A DNA stretch of 64,000 nucleotides from Spirulina sp. (GTDB lineage Bacteria > Cyanobacteriota > Cyanobacteriia > Phormidesmidales > Phormidesmidaceae): assembly GCA_044070495.1 (NCBI GenBank), contig JBIPSI010000008.1:111585-175584 (forward strand). The letters run 5' to 3'. The position numbers and the translations under genes were made by a program. Shown here one piece after another: positions 61,862 to 64,000 of the stretch; positions within the stretch are counted from its first letter, which is position 1; the number at the start of each line of letters is the position of its first letter. The notes beneath the pieces are model-generated. The model saw only the letters and a list, made by a program, of their open reading frames with translations. It did not search any database and had not been told where the DNA came from.

Positions 61862-62536
61862 CTAAGCCGCCTGTAACAACGCCTTCAACCGTTCAGGGCT
61901 ACCCTCGTCGGTGACTTGACCCGATTGCAGCAGAAAGGCTCGGTCGCAATAGTCCAATTCCACTAGGCGATGGGTGACCCACAGGGCCGTGAGTCCTCGT
62001 TCCTTCACCAGTTTTCGTACCCGTTTTACCAGGTCAATTTGGCTGTCGGGATCCAATAGGGCGGTGGGTTCATCCAGCAGCAGCACATGGCAGTGGCGGG
62101 CGATGGCTCCGGCAATGGCCACCCGCTGCTTTTGGCCGCCGCTGAGGGCGTAGATGGGACGGCGCTTGAGGTCGAGCAAATTAATGGCGGCGAGGGCATC
62201 GTCTACCCGGTTGCGAATTTCCGCCAGGGGCAGCTTTTCTTCCACCAAGCCAAAGGCGACATCGGCTCCCACCGTGGGCATCACCAGTTGATGATCGGGG
62301 TTTTGAAACACAAAACCAACCGGAGATTCAATGAACCACTCCCCCGCCTGGGGCTTCAGCAACCCACCCAAAACCCGCAGCAGGGTAGATTTACCGCTGC
62401 CGTTGTTGCCCAGCAGCATACAAAACTCCCCCCGCTCCACCGTCAGGGAACAGTTCTGCAAGACGGGCTGACCAGAGGGCCAGTGAAATTGCAGGTTGTG
62501 AACGGCGATGGCGGCATTGGGATGGGTGGCAGTCAT
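61862..62536 (-). CDS. ECF-type ABC ATP-binding protein (EcfA/CbiO-like)
   Basis: GNNGSGKST, FQNPDHQ, LSGGQKQR, DEPT. Confidence 0.88.
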   Translation of the reverse strand: MTATHPNAAIAVHNLQFHWPSGQPVLQNCSLTVERGEFCMLLGNNGSGKSTLLRVLGGLLKPQAGEWFIESPVGFVFQNPDHQLVMPTVGADVAFGLVEEKLPLAEIRNRVDDALAAINLLDLKRRPIYALSGGQKQRVAIAGAIARHCHVLLLDEPTALLDPDSQIDLVKRVRKLVKERGLTALWVTHRLVELDYCDRAFLLQSGQVTDEGSPERLKALLQAA

Positions 62537-62623
62537 GGGCCGATCAAGGTATTTCAGTCTCGGTGGATTCGTGGATTATAAGAACCCCTGCACGCCCTCA
62601 CCCTAGATCCCTCTCCCCACGGG

Positions 62624-62787
62624 CTACCGCTTATACATCAGTCTCTATTGCGCCTGATGCCTGGGGTTGATCCCCCCTAGCCCCCCTTGTAAAGGGGGGA
62701 GCGAGATTCAAAGTCCCCATTTATAAGAGGGATTTAGGGGGATCTCCCAGGTATGACGGCAAAAAACAAGATGTGTATAAACAGTAG
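62624..62787. mobile_element. MITE with Tn5/IS50-like ends (copy 4), inside a hairpin repeat (62594-62861)
   Basis: Ends CTACCGCTTATACA / AGATGTGTATAAACAGTAG; flanks CCCCACGGG / CCCCATGGG. Confidence 0.88.
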
Positions 62788-62909
62788 CCCCATGGGAGAG
62801 GGACTTTGAGGACTGTTTCCGGCTCCCCTCTCCTCGTGGGAGAGGGGCTGGGGGTGAGGGCTAGAGGTCAGAATAGCGTATTTGTAACCTGCGACGTAAT
62901 CTACAAAAG

Positions 62910-63182
62910 CTATTGATCAGCGCTGAGGGCAAAGAACCCTGGGGGACGACCGCCCGCCACGCCAGCGGCTTTCTCGAAGATTTGCACGGCGACGACTTCG
63001 CTGGAGAGTACCATCACTTTTTTGTTAGGGATTTGATCGCAGGTCATTTCCAGCCATTGGCCGCTGCCGCTGCGAACCTCGTTAACAATGGATCCGTAGA
63101 GTGCTTCTGCGGCCTCCTGCTCTTTTTTCTGCACCGAGAGGGGCATGGCCGTGTGCTTGAGGGTCAATTCAATCGTAAACAT
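62910..63182 (-). CDS. UPF0367-like conserved cyanobacterial protein
   Basis: MFTIEL.LK..PLSVQKK..C-terminal RPPGFF. Confidence 0.75.
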   Translation of the reverse strand: MFTIELTLKHTAMPLSVQKKEQEAAEALYGSIVNEVRSGSGQWLEMTCDQIPNKKVMVLSSEVVAVQIFEKAAGVAGGRPPGFFALSADQ

Positions 63183-63572
63183 AGGTTAGAGAGTACTCGT
63201 GACGTTAACGATGGCCGATGGCGTGATGTTTCCACCCAATAATAGATAGATGTTCCCATCACACATATTCCCACCACATTTATAAGTGTAGTGCTGGCTA
63301 TGTCAAAGCTGACATGGGGACAATTTCTCTCTTCAGGATTAGGTATATCGACTTACTCGAAGCCCCAAACCTTAAGGAAATCAGCGATTAGAGGTTGGGA
63401 TCATCAAAAACACCCCCTATAATGATCACTACGGTAAAGAATAGTAAACACTCCTCATAATTCGTGGCTCACGGTCTTGACAGTCTGTCGAACCCAGCCT
63501 CCAGAATGATGGGGAAGCGCCATTATCTTCCGTGTATATAACCCGTCCATTGATGATTACGGAGATCCGCGT

Positions 63573-64000
63573 ATGACCATTGCAATGGGGCGCGCTCAAG
63601 CTCAAAGAGGATGGTTCGACGTCCTCGATGACTGGCTGAAGCGCGATCGCTTTGTCTTTATTGGTTGGTCCGGCCTACTGCTGTTCCCCTGCGCCTACAT
63701 GGCCGTTGGGGGTTGGCTTACCGGCACCACCTTCGTCACCTCCTGGTACACCCACGGCCTCGCGTCGTCCTACCTGGAAGGGGCTAACTTTTTGACCGTG
63801 GCCGTTTCTACCCCCGCCAACAGCCTGGGTCACTCCCTGCTGCTGCTGTGGGGCCCTGAGGCCCAGGGCGATTTCGTCCGCTGGTGCCAACTGGGTGGCC
63901 TGTGGAGCTTTGTGGCTCTGCACGGGGCCTTTGGTTTGATTGGCTTCATGCTGCGTCAGTTTGAGGTGGCTCGTCTGGTCGGTCTGCGGCCCTACAACGC
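63573..64000 (+). CDS. psbD: Photosystem II D2 protein (5' part; runs off the window)
   Basis: [42 protein letters not shown]...[15 protein letters not shown]...[19 protein letters not shown]. Confidence 0.98.
   Translation, partial: MTIAMGRAQAQRGWFDVLDDWLKRDRFVFIGWSGLLLFPCAYMAVGGWLTGTTFVTSWYTHGLASSYLEGANFLTVAVSTPANSLGHSLLLLWGPEAQGDFVRWCQLGGLWSFVALHGAFGLIGFMLRQFEVARLVGLRPYN

Noticed and set aside
63477..63507. sigma70 promoter for psbD (TTGACA...CAGAAT)
   Set aside because: Spacing is 19 nt with a weak -10; cannot be supported without start-site data.

Overview
Chromosomal window from a GC-rich filamentous cyanobacterium (Leptolyngbya/Nodosilinea-like; inferred from psbD, ndhP, psb35, sqdBX and rimO-crhR). 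Most of it is housekeeping: argB, aroK, rimO-crhR, menF-menD, sqdB-sqdX, guaD, purU, rplY, purA, tRNA-Asn and the 5' part of psbD. Accessory blocks are a sulfatase/AraC pair, a GMC oxidoreductase, a carbohydrate ABC operon, small membrane ORFs next to a hicB-hicA module, an iron-stress island (FurA-like paralog, dpsA, a 2Fe-2S protein paired with an Asr1405-like protein, a Pro-rich protein and futA) with repeated Fur-box-like palindromes, and a methyltransferase/coiled-coil plus four-glycosyltransferase surface-glycan cluster. The most striking non-genic signal is a hierarchy of nested miniature elements. Four MITEs (three of about 165 bp, one of 190 bp with an insert) have Tn5/IS50-like ends, and three retain clear 9-11 bp target duplications. 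Each sits inside another repeat, they share a cargo hairpin with a MITE that has different ends, and one carries a still smaller insert. Related repeats are translated in frame inside menD. HIP1 (GCGATCGC) appears nearly absent while CCTAGG appears enriched. No transposase, cas gene or CRISPR array was seen. All calls are by-eye motif recognition; no searches were run.
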